Shown here: piece after piece, positions 1 through 10,686 of the stretch
Numbering within the stretch: position 1 is the stretch's first letter
Layout: each line of letters starts with the position of its first letter
Assembly (NCBI GenBank): GCA_951406725.2
Contig: OX597816.1
Location: forward strand, 103,478,001 to 103,542,000
Reading direction: 5' to 3'
Length of the DNA: 64,000 bases
Source of the DNA: Octopus vulgaris
Lineage: Eukaryota
Notes under the pieces: generated by a model
What the model was told of the DNA's origin: nothing
Databases searched by the model: none
What the model saw: the letters and a program-made list of their open reading frames with translations, nothing else
Program-made: the position numbers and the translations under genes

Positions 1-168
1 GAAAAAGACTAAATTCTAATTGAAAGCAACTCGAAGTCCTTTAACATAGTGAAACAAGGATTTATCTATAAATTTAATCGAGAAATTAGTAAAACACATT
101 GTGAAATGTAGAATTTTCCCTTGGTCGGCTAGTTTTAATTCCTACGTGCTTTCCTTTAGAATCTAGAG

Positions 169-425
169 CAGTAGTTCCCAAACTTTTTTGAGCTGCCACC
201 CACCTTGGCGCCCAAGACACATTCTTAGCGCCCCTCACTCTCCCCACCACAATTATTGACCACTTTCTACAGCAAATTCAAAACAACTGTATTTCACAAA
301 TAAAACATAAGCTTAATCAACCTATTAATATTTTTTAATATCTATCACCCCATTTTTCTTCAATGCCCCAGTTGATCTTTCCACTATCCCCAGAGGGGCA
401 ATACCTCTCACTTTGGGAACCACTG
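169..425. mobile_element. hAT-like MITE (non-autonomous DNA transposon)
   Basis: Left end CAGTAGTTCCCAAACT (169-184); right end ACTTTGGGAACCACTG (410-425) reverse-complements to CAGTGGTTCCCAAAGT, 14/16 match. CAGTGGTTCCCAA is a typical hAT/Charlie TIR. Preceded by a TCTAGAG-like target, but the TSD is not clearly retained. Confidence 0.75.
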
Positions 426-881
426 ATTGAGAATTAAGTCAGCTCTTGTCAAGGGACTTAACTCTTCAAACAAAAGTATAATTTCCTGTCAGAAGTTGTT
501 TCCCTTTAGTAAAGTAATTTGTTATAGCGAAGATAAAAAGTGAGGCCCAGGTATAAACAGTATATATCACTATGACCGCAAGAGACCTTTTGTATCTTTA
601 TGTATAGCACGCGTAATGTCATGATCGTATTAAAATAACAGCTTTTATTGAAATTTTGAGTAGTATACAGCACATAAGATTCTCGTATCTTAACCAAAGT
701 CGCTATGCAATTCAGAAACCCTTGCTACTCCAACAACCAGCCAGGAACTAGAGCATGCAGAGAAACAAAACGAAAGTTGTCTGGCTGAATAACTAAGTCC
801 AAAAGAAACCTTCCGAACTTCCTTTTCTAATGTCACTTCATCCAATCAAGGTCCCTTGCTTCTCTTTTCCGCTCGTCTTAC

Positions 882-947
882 CTACTCTGGCACATTTTAT
901 TATATAATCCTTAGGTCCGACTCTCTTAGTGGTGAGTGAGACTCCGT
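882..947 (-). CDS. Candidate internal coding exon (66 nt, phase 1-1) of an unidentified gene
   Basis: Minus strand: acceptor aattttatttttaaAG|ACGG, donor AGAGTAG|GTAAGA. Length is a multiple of 3 and only one frame is open: (x)GVSLTTKRVGPKDYIIKCARV(x). Product not recognised. Confidence 0.4.
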
Positions 948-1190
948 CTTTAAAAATAAAATTGTTCTTGTCTTTTCTATGTAGTTGCGATGTATTAGTA
1001 AGAGCAAACGAATGTCTCTATTGTCACACAACTGTCTTCAAAACGGGAAAGGAAAAATTGGGCAATGGTAATAATAAACATACAGAAAGACTAGAAGGAC
1101 AAGGCTGGAATGACTTTCATCATAGGCTAATGAATCAAAATCGGATCTCGTATTAAGCAATAACAAAGAGTCCCTGTGAGGCAAAGAAGT

Positions 1191-1286
1191 CTGTATACGG
1201 TAGTTAGACCTGCTAGAAACAGCTGTATACGGTAGTTAGACCTGCTAGAAACAGCTGTATACGGTAGTTAGACCTGCTAGAAACAG
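1191..1286. repeat. Perfect 32-bp tandem repeat x3
   Basis: CTGTATACGGTAGTTAGACCTGCTAGAAACAG at 1191-1222, 1223-1254 and 1255-1286. Lies at the edge of a reverse-oriented copy of interspersed repeat family E. Confidence 0.95.
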
Positions 1287-1841
1287 CAGATAAAGTTCCC
1301 TCAAAAAGCACTCCATTCTAAAAAATAAAATCGAAGGACGCTTTAGGCAAAGTCTAAGATGCACTTAAAAGAACTATTTATGATTGGAACATTATTATCT
1401 ATAAACCAGTTTCATAAAAGTTAATCAGAGTTTAAACATCAATAATTCTCCCACCATAAAGTCTCTGATAAGGCTTTTAGCCCACTAATTTAATATAACG
1501 TTCAATCATTCTTCGATAGCTGTTAGAATCAATCCAGTGAGGAACAACAACTCGTGTGAGATTGTGAAGACTTCTTGTACATGAGGAATTTATTCCAATA
1601 TGGAATAAGAGCATTTACATAGCTTGTACATTATTATTCAATAGAACAAAATGGAATTTGAATGAGGGAGTGTTTTCGTCATGCCGTATTCCATAATTGG
1701 TGATGGAGATTGAAGAGAATTCAATCAACGAGAAGATACCTTATAGCAGGTACAGAGATGGTTAACACCATAGATCATCGCAGGCAATGTGCGAAGGATA
1801 ATGTTACCTCTCCGTACATATATTTTATAGCTAGGTAACGA

Positions 1842-1855
1842 GCGCCACCTAGTTG
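1842..1855. promoter_or_regulatory. CTCF-like binding motif
   Basis: GCGCCACCTAGTTG matches the CTCF core GCGCCACCTAGTGG (reverse complement of CCACTAGGTGGCGC) with one mismatch. It lies in CpG-retaining unique sequence. Confidence 0.4.
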
Positions 1856-2995
1856 CTAGCGATGTGACAAGAGAGATAACTCTCATTGAAGCATGACGTT
1901 ACTAATTCAAATAAGGTTGCCTACAGGCTTCTCTTGCTTTGCTGCTTTAACTCAATGAAGACATAGTCTTATCTAGGATATTTTCTGTCATAGATCTGTT
2001 CGATTAAAGTTGCTCTATGTCTATACAGTAGCAGCAACAACAACAACTTAGTGTCACTAACATTAATTTCATTTAACTGCGAGAAAAACTACTTCTTAAT
2101 AGGGAATAACAGAGCAAATTGCACTAAACAAGGTCTCGGTTAAGATATACTTACTAAATTTTCGATGAAGTGTCTGATTGATCTGGTACTGCTAAACCTT
2201 TATAAATACAGTTTTTCTGTTAGCTTACTTTAGAAAAAAGAAAGAAAATGATTAATGAAGTTATACAGTAATTATTTTTATTTGATGGTGGTGGGGGACA
2301 GTGTCCTGCATTCCAGTTTATCAATGAGTAATAAAAAATGTGAAGAAAGCTGTCTCACAGCAAATCAATAAAATATAAATAGTATAAGTTCGTGTAAATG
2401 TAATCAAAAGAGAGTGCTCAAGTTTCGAACAGACATAGAGCAACTTTTGAATTAGTTTGTGTATTAATCTTTGATAACATTTTCTAAATTTTGCACGATG
2501 TTTTCGTAGCGGGCTGGATGTGATATGCCATATCAATTCGATATGAGGTAGCCCACTACTAAATGTAGCGTATAGATGCAACGCTTGAAGGTTCTCATGT
2601 CGGAGTAACCAGTAAGCATCAAAGAATCAACACCAAAAAGGAAGAAATATTATTTACATTTATTTACTCGTTTGCCCGACAGGTTGTTAAAGAGAAAGTA
2701 GCAATTCTAGTGATAGTAACAAGGATGGCTCGCTGGTTAGTAGTTGATAGTGTAGAAAAAGGTTGTCTGTCAGTAGAGAGTGAAAGAGTAAGAAATGCAC
2801 GGTGCTGACAGGAAAGGATAGAGGTGGCATCATCTTTCTTGCAGCCGATGGAAGTGTTGCTCTTGGTCATGGCTGACGCAAAAAGCATGTTGCTCTTTGG
2901 TCACAGCTGACACATAAGAGGAAGAGATAGGAAATTCTCTCTGTCATATAGACTATGGTCAGTAATGTAGGTCAAACCCTAAACAAAGGACTGAC

Positions 2996-3162
2996 CTTTC
3001 CTTGACCAGCACAGGTCCTAGGAGGTGGAGTGTTTCCTCATCAATCATCTGGTGGGGAGAGGTTTTCCCGCTCGTTTTGACAAGCAGCAAGCAGGTGGAT
3101 TTGGTTTCAAATCCAGGTATGGTCAAACTAGTTCCCTGCACTACTCTCCCGCTAGAGAGTTT
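2996..3162 (-). CDS. Candidate exon (167 nt) of an unidentified gene
   Basis: Minus strand: acceptor tttttgttcgttAG|AAAC, donor GGAAAG|GTCAGT. Only phase 0 is open: KLSSGRVVQGTSLTIPGFETKSTCLLLVKTSGKTSPHQMIDEETLHLLGPVLVKE. Could also be UTR or part of a pseudogene. Confidence 0.3.
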
Positions 3163-4645
3163 CTAACGAACAAAAATGCATTTTAAGGCAAGGTGAAAAT
3201 AAAAGTCAGTTGTGAAAAATATTTTGTTGTTGGTGAATGTGATGCAAGGCTGAGTAAAAGGGGGAGAGAATCTTGAGAAGGTATACGGGATAGGTATCTG
3301 ATAGTGGTGTCGCTTTGCTTGCGCAGAATACACGATATGCCAGTCGGTGCGCGACTGAGGCAGAGTGAACGAGTGTGCGCATGAGTACAGAATATTCCAG
3401 TTGTTGCGTGACTGAGTGTGCAAGGGCGTATACATGAGTGCGAGGGAAAGTCCTGCAGTTGTGGAATAAGGTGAGGTGATTGTGTGCACTCTCTATCTAT
3501 GATATCAGCAAAAGTTTTCTTGCAGGATTGCATTTTGCGTGAAAATGCCTTGAAGAGGTGCAGAAGTGAATTGAGTCTGGGGTTGTTGTCGCGGGCATTT
3601 GCTAAGATTAGCCCGAACGACGACAGTGTGGCATGTTGGCGCGTTGCGTTGGACAGACAATTTTCTCTATTAACTTCGTGACCATCCTGGAGTCGAACAG
3701 AGACAAGTTGTGTCTGACAAGAGTGCAGAGAGCATGAGTTGACATCCGACGTACACAGAGTAGGGAAAAAGAGCTGAGAGGGCACAGACATGATGAGGAC
3801 AACTCTAAAGGCATAATATTGTGGTGCAGGTGTAGAACTGATTGCGTGCGAAGAAAGAAACTGCAGACATTCAAAAGGAGAACCTGTAGCAGAAGTCATG
3901 CATTAAAAACAGGTGAACAATGCGTGTGCATGAAATGTGCAAGGCCAATGGCCAACGAGAAAAAATATAAAAATATAGATCATTCAAAAACATATGCATA
4001 TGAATTCAGTGAAACGAGTCGTCGCAGAATTAAGTGTTACGTGTAAAGGTGTGCAGTGAAAAAAAAAAAAGAATGAAATAAGCAAAAATAACAAAAAAAA
4101 AAAGCTTGGCTAGAAAGTATCCTGGTCCTAAAAAGCTAAAAAGTAGCATTTGAAATGCAAAAGTAGGTGCATGTAAAGAAAGCTCAAATCTATGGCTGTC
4201 GAAAACCTTGCTCGTGTGAGCTTCCATAGAGTTTTCCGGTTAGTTCTTGGTCGAATAGTTGTTCGAAATTCAGTATTTACTTATGTCAGCGATTTCTCTG
4301 GTGGATCTGTGCATCGGGTTGCAGTGCATTCTCTGGCAGGTCGAAAGTGAATTGTGGGTGTCCATTGTGTCGGTGAGTTCTTTTCCTTCGTGTTGTGCGA
4401 CAGTCGAAACAAAAACTGTGTAGTGAAAGTTGTTATTCTTGTCTTCGATGTGACGAGCATGTTGTGAAAACTGTAATTCTTCAGCTTGGGTCACTAGAAT
4501 GTAGTGATGAAATGGAAAATTTAACCACAGAACAAAAAATTGTCTTCATTTTCCAAATGCAGTCAAGTTGGTGAGGCAGAGGCAATCGTGTATTAGAACG
4601 TCGGGAAGGATACGCGGCAACGGCTGTTAGATGAAAGTTGTAGAT

Positions 4646-4720
4646 CAGGGATTCCCAACCTTCTTTTCGCTGTGGACCACCAAAATAAGTAATTTTTTCC
4701 TGTGGACCACCTCAAATTTT
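4646..4720. mobile_element. hAT-like MITE left end (partial)
   Basis: CAGGGGATTCCCAACCTT...GCTGTGGACCAC resembles a hAT TIR plus subterminal motif. No matching right TIR seen. Confidence 0.4.
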
Positions 4721-5163
4721 AAATTTATTATAAAAGGAACTGCTACTCGTAAATATTAGTATCATTTTCACTTTGCAATGAAAGTTCCTTTTTCGTTCTT
4801 GTAAACACCAATAACAAAACCAATTTGCAAATGCACATGACTCTCAAGAAAGCTTTATTTGACAGAATCGAATAGAAAAGGTTATTGAATCGTGGAAAAC
4901 ACCCCCCTCCTTTTATTCAGGAAAAAAAACTGTACAGCTCTTATTGGCTGTAAGCAAATCGATACTTTACTGGGGTCCGGAACTCTCGTGAGAAAAATTT
5001 TTCGCCTGTCTTTGTGTTCTGAGTCCAAATTCCGCCGAGGTAGATTTTGCCTTCCATCCTTTCGGGATCGATAGAATAAGTACCAGTTGAACACTGGGCC
5101 CGATGTAATCGACCTACCCACCCCTTGTACCAGACGTTGAAATCAGTGTTAGTAATCGAAGTA

Positions 5164-5385
5164 GGCGGCAAATTGGCCGAATCGTTAGAGACAAAATATT
5201 TAGCGGCGTTAGTTCCGGCTCTTTACGTTCTTACTTCAAATCCTAACGAAATTAACATTGCCTTTTGGAGTGTGTAACATTGAAGTACCACTTAAGTACT
5301 GGAGTTGTAACTGACTACTATTCTCCGCTAACATCACCATCACTTGCAAATTTCAGACCTTGTGCCTATAGTAGACAGGATATTA
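5164..5385 (+). mobile_element. tRNA-derived SINE family B (diverged copy; adjacent partial copy about 4990-5130)
   Basis: GGCGGCAAATTGGCCGAATCGTTAG head, TTACGTTCT..TTCAAAT, and tail AAATTTCAGACCTTGTGCCTATAGTAGACAGGATATT. Same family as 22798-23012. Confidence 0.75.
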
Positions 5386-5933
5386 GGAGTCGAAATGTTT
5401 TGATTTTTTTTTCCTGTTATATTTCTGAAAAGACTAATGTGTTAGTAATCTTTTAATGGCAATTGACAGCATTGTTTTGTAATGTATTTACTTTTGTTGA
5501 ATCATTCTAAGAGGACTACGATTCCTAGGAGTGGGAACTTCTACATAGTCACTTGTCATAATTCGTAGTTGAATTCCTTTTACACCTAATCTAGTCGATG
5601 AAAACCAATAACAACGTAAAGAAATACTCGTCATTTATTCTCTATCTAAAGTTATACAATTACCTTCTACTTACAGCGCACGAATAGATTTTGTGCATAA
5701 ACATTCATCATTTTGAAGGGAAATAACTATATGAGTTATTGCCCCTCCATTTTGACACTGATTCAAGAAAATAATTTGTGGTTTCATAATCAAAATGCTT
5801 ATAATTCACATTTTTTTAAATATAATTTTTATAATTCACATTTTTTTTTTGCAAGTAATTAGTTTATATAGAGTTACACAGACATTTTAAAACAAATATT
5901 AGTATGAATTCTTTTGTGCTAATATGAATTTTC

Positions 5934-6143
5934 AGCTAAAATATAAATAAATAAAGATTATTGATACTTGGTTACAGTTCATTTTCTTCAGTTACGCCAC
6001 TAATTGCCATTTAGCTTCCCAACCACATGATTCTGAGGTCAGTTCCACTGCGTGGTACCTTGGGTAGGTGTCTTCTACAATAGTCACAGGCTGACAAAAG
6101 CCTTGTGAGTTAATGGACAATGGACGTCAAATGATGATGATAC

Positions 6144-6192
<49 letters not shown>

Positions 6193-6703
6193 GGGAGAGT
6201 TTACAAAAAATACAAAAGACGAAGACAGGTGGTGTACAAAACAAACAAATGTATTAGTATAACGCTCAGGAATAGAAAAAGTCTTTTACGTTTCGAGCCT
6301 ATGCTCTTCTACAGAAAGGGACACAGAAAAAACAAAGAGAGAAAAAAATGTGTGTAGTGGCTAACGATCTATCATGGCGACTGATATATATATATATGTA
6401 TTTATCTATGTATGTATCTATCAGTGTTACTTTGTATTTGTGTTTGTCATATACCACTGTTTGATAACTGGTGTTTATTTGTTTATGTCTCCATAACTTC
6501 AGCAAAAGAAATCGATAGAATAAGAAACAGGATTTTAAAAAATAAGCTAAAATACAAATAAATAAAGATTATTGAGACTTGGTTACAGTCCATTTTCTTC
6601 AGTTACGCTACTAATTACCTTTTTGTTTCCCAACCACATGATTCTGAGGTCAGTTCCACTGTGTGGTACCTTGGGTAGGTATCTTCTACAATAGCCACAG
6701 GCT
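5934..6703. repeat. 159-bp direct duplication (5934-6092 and 6545-6703)
   Basis: Both copies run AGCTAAAAT.AAATAAATAAAGATTATTGA...CTTCTACAATAG.CACAGGCT with few substitutions. Each contains unique flank plus a truncated SINE-A head. Confidence 0.9.
6283..6318 (-). ncRNA. Minimal type I hammerhead-ribozyme-like motif (A6->U variant) in a Penelope-like terminal repeat
   Basis: Minus strand CUUU-CUGUAGA-A-GAGC(auag)GCUC-GAAA-CG-UA-AAAG: stem I CUUU/AAAG, stem II GAGC/GCUC, palindromic ACGU stem III, UA cleavage site. The core has U where the canonical CUGANGA has A6. Confidence 0.55.
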
Positions 6704-6779
6704 ACAGCTGAATGCCTGAAGCAAGAAAAAGATGAAAGATAAAGACCCTAAATCTCTTTCATGTCTATATGAATCAGAA

Positions 6780-7170
6780 TCTTTTCATCTGCGTCTAAAA
6801 CAAATAGAACCTTTCTGAATCAATAGGAAACCGTTAAACCAGTTATTGTGTGGATGGGTTCGTATTTCGGGTATTGGTATGAATCCTTGGAAGCAGTAGT
6901 ATAAAGTAAAAAGACATCCTGTAAACAAATCAAATCTTGTAATAAATCTTCGCAGAAGTATATATCTAAACTCCTTTTTAGCTAGGAAGCTGGAACAATC
7001 TTTGGCCCATCTTGCATGCACAGGATTTTGAGAGAAATACACATGCAAAGATGTGTTGAAGAAATTACCATGTTTAACAAAAGACACAACAGAATATGCT
7101 TCAACACACCACGAACTCATATAAAGAATCTTGCAAACCAAATCCAAAAACGAAATATTTTGACAGGTGT
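6780..7170 (+). pseudogene. Possible decayed Tc1-like transposase fragment
   Basis: One frame reads PVIVWMGSYFG...NKSSQKYISKLL with stops, loosely like Tc1 VMVWG...NSEKYIEIL. Weak similarity only. Confidence 0.2.
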
Positions 7171-7344
7171 ATTTTTAAAAATGTAATCCATGACCAGCTT
7201 TTATTTTTCTTATGTGCAAGGAACTCAGCACTACATTAAACAATATGTCTGTTTCTATGATGGTATGGTGCAATTTGAAGGCGATTTGGTGCTCTCTCTC
7301 TTTTGGAGAGGCACAAGCACCTACACGTACATATACACACACAG

Positions 7345-7482
7345 CAGTAACTTCTGCCTGCCAAATTCAATCACAAAGCTTCAGTCGGCTTGGGGCTATA
7401 GTGGAAGACACCTACCCAAAGTGCCACACAGTAGGACTGAACCTGAAACCATGTAGCTAGGAAGCAAGCTCCCTAACCACAC
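7345..7482 (-). mobile_element. SINE family A head (reverse)
   Basis: Reverse complement of GTGTGGTTAGGGAGCTTGCTTCCTAGCTACATGGTTTCAGGTTCAGTCCTACTGTGTGGCACTTTGGG; same head as 17473. Confidence 0.8.
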
Positions 7483-8100
7483 ATAGATATTTATGTAGTC
7501 AAATGGAATAAACGAACATTAAAAATAACACTAAAAACCAAGAGAATGTGCACATAAAATGTATTAGTTTGACACTCAGTAAAAAGAGAGTGATTTTGAT
7601 GTTTCAAGCATAATTCTTGGTTTGGAAGGAAAATGGATAAGTCCAAAGAAGGAGAGAAAAATCATCAAGCAGCATGTGTGTACTTACATTGCTGAAGTGA
7701 CCGGAAGTGGAAAGAATAAAGAAAGTGTTTTGGGGGGGACAAGAAAGTGTAAAGATGGCCAGTGTGTGTTGTAGTAGTTTTAGTAGTAGTAGTAGGAGGA
7801 GGAGGAGGAGTTGTGTTAGTTTTGTTTGTGTTTAGGTAAGTGATGTATGTATAATGGTGTGAGTCAATGAGCAGTTTGATTCAGTCAAGAGAGGTGAGTG
7901 TGGATGTATGTGTATGTATGTGTTTGCATGTGTGCATATGATGGAGTGGGAATGTGTCTGTGTATGTGCATATGAGTGTGTGTGAGGTCCTGTGTGTGGA
8001 CATATGTGAGTGTATGTGTATGCCTGAGTGTGTGTGTGTGTGAGAGAGAGAGAGAGAAAGAAAAAGTGGGGCAGGGGCAAGGTGATATGTATGTATGTTG

Positions 8101-8213
8101 ACAGGGAAGGAATTCCAGCCACATTATGTGGTTTGCTACCTCAACAGCTCCTCTATAGGATCAGAGCTGTTGAGGTAGTGAACTACAAAATGTGGTTGGA
8201 ATTACTTCCCTGT
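8101..8213 (+). repeat. Inverted repeat / hairpin, 50-bp arms with 13-nt loop
   Basis: Arms 8101-8150 and 8164-8213: 44 Watson-Crick pairs, 4 G:U (plus-strand RNA), 2 mismatches. Confidence 0.9.
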
Positions 8214-10655
8214 TTCAAGATTTACCCTTGTCAAACATTGTACAGAATATTTTATATGAGAGCAAGTAGAAGAGAGTAAGAGCACATCTCAAGGAACAAA
8301 GCAACAGAGTTCCAAGTAGCGTCTTAGGTTGCTTTGCTAAATGGCTCATGTCACTAACTCTTCATAAACAGGTAAAACTTCTTGAAGCTTCAGAAATACA
8401 ATTGCATGGGAATTCTTGTATGACTTTTCTTTAATGTCACTACTGTTAGTTACCATGAAATTAAGGTGGTGAGCTAGCAGAGTCATTAGCATACCAGGCA
8501 AAATGCTTAGTGGTATTTTATCTGTCTTTCCATTCTGAGTTCAAATTCTGCAAAGGTTGACTTTTCCTTTTGGGGCTGATAGAATAAGTTGAACACCAGA
8601 GTTAATGGTTATTGTATGATAAAATCGATGTGGGTGTACATGTCTTTTATGGCAAGATAATTAGGTTAAAGGTGTTGGTCATGCCTAATACTATAATTTG
8701 ACTGCAGTTTTTAATTGGAAGTCTCAGTGAGGTGGTTCTAACTGAGACAAAGAGCTGCTGCAAAACAAATAAAAGCAATGTTTAAATATTTAAAACAATG
8801 GGGTGGCTATGGCTGAAATGACTTATGAACTGTCAATAGGGTTGACTTGAGGTTATAAGACAACATCAACAGCAACAATAATAGTTTCTAACATAAGTAC
8901 AAGGTTTGAAATTTGATAAGAGAAGTTAGTTAATTAGATCAAGCTGAGTATTTCGCTGATATTTCATTTCCTTGATCCCAGAAAATTTGAAGGCAAAGTT
9001 GATTTTTGTTAGATTTGAACTCTAAACATAAAGAGATGGAACAAATACTACAAAACGTTCTATCTGATATTCCATCATTTCTGGCCATCGATTAACAACA
9101 AAGAAGCTAGAACTAAAATCAAATCAGTTGATGTTAAAAGTGTTTCATTTTTCATTTCTTTTTATTGAGTAAGCATTATATGGTGCTAAAATCAAATGGG
9201 TTTACATTAAAACCATGGAGCATTGGAAAGGTAAAAGCACTTTCACAGACAACTTTAGCAATAAAACAATAACTTGACACTTTTAAAGAATGATCCAGAA
9301 GGGATCATCACCACCACTACAACCACCGCCATCATGTGCCTTGGCATGGTTTCTGTGATTGAATGCCCTTCCTAAACAATATATGAATAGATATAAAGTT
9401 GAAATGACAAGCAAAAACCTCTGAAATAGAGCATTGTAGATTTTACTGACCCCAGCACACTGATGAATTTTCATTGAGTTATGGCTTCAGAGCAAGGAGC
9501 AAACCTGGTCAGATTGTATGTGTTGTTGCTATTGTTTTTGTATTGCCCCAAGTTAACTCTAGTTGATTAGATCTATGATCATCATAAACATTCCAGCCAC
9601 AAGTGACCCATCAATTTTATGCATAATGTAATGTAAAACTACACCAACTGATTTATTCTTTTTTTTCCTTCAAAGTCAATGAAGTGTCAAATGAAAGATA
9701 TATTTAGTTGCTATTTCTAACAGGCAAATAACCATGTAAAAAGAGAATAGGAGAATAGTAGAATAGATGATGAGTCATTGGTAAGTTTATTCCTTGGCTT
9801 GGTTTTTATTTTTACAGCATCTCCATCTCTAACAGTAGTTGGATGAGAGATGAATGTTACAGAATCCAGGTCTGGGTAAGAGATGATACAGAGTAAAGGG
9901 GAGACTTTATTCATGTTGCAGACTAACATCTCTTGTGGCACTGGCACAATAAAATGCACTAGGTTTATGCTGTAAGGTGGGGTGGGGTGGGGGAGCTGTT
10001 CTAAACCTTTCCAACTCTTGCAAGCCTGAAAAAAAACAAAAAAATTATGATGATAATAATGATAGTGATGATGATGTCAATGAGGATGGTGGTGATGATG
10101 ATGGTGATGATGGTGATGGTGGTGACAGCAGAGGTGCCGGCAGTGGAGGTAGTGGTGATGATGGTGATAGTGATGATTATGATTGATGATGAGGATTGAT
10201 GATGATGATGATGACGATGACATTATGTAACCAATATCCAGGGGAATGACAGGCAAATTTGACCTAGCAAGAATTTGGAATCGAAGCAGATGAATTAAAT
10301 AATGAATCTAAGATGAGATAGAAATTTCTTATAGAAGAGGCATAGTTGATCCAAAGAAATACTCAATATGTGGATGGGAGGCAGTTATTTTGTTGACTGG
10401 AGTAAAATGGAAAACAAAGATGAAGAAAAAGGAGAGAGATAAGGAGAAAGAGAGAGAGCACACGAAGAGACAAAAAAAGAGAAAGAAAGAAAGAAGCTGA
10501 AGCTATGAAAGAAGAAAGAGTAGAATGGTGAAAGGAAGAAAAAGAAGAAGGGAGTGGCGAAAGAAGAATAGAAAGAATAAAGGGGGGGGGGTATCGAGAG
10601 GAAGTAAGAAGAAGAAGAAGAAGAAGAAGAACAACAACAACAACAACAACAACAA

Positions 10656-10686
<31 letters not shown>

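Noticed and set aside
858-937. Plus-strand TCT/5'TOP start (TCTCTTTTCC) with donor GTGAGT at 932, suggesting a ribosomal-protein or snoRNA host gene
   Set aside because: No downstream ribosomal-protein exon or convincing intronic snoRNA found. The overlapping minus-strand exon is better supported, though this is not fully excluded.
1191-1286. 32-bp repeats of CRISPR-like length
   Set aside because: Units are contiguous with no spacers, there are no cas genes, and the context is eukaryotic. It is a simple tandem triplication.
3790-3841. C/D box snoRNA (ATGATGA...CTGA)
   Set aside because: Only about 52 nt, no terminal stem and no recognisable rRNA antisense element.
3183-3899. 238-aa ORF as a bona fide single-exon gene
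   Set aside because: No recognisable domain and Ser/Leu/Cys/His-rich composition typical of non-coding frames. Kept only as part of the anomalous-block finding.
8171-8192. let-7 miRNA gene
   Set aside because: Only the first 9 nt (UGAGGUAGU) match. The rest differs from let-7, and it lies on the 3' arm whereas let-7 is a 5p product.
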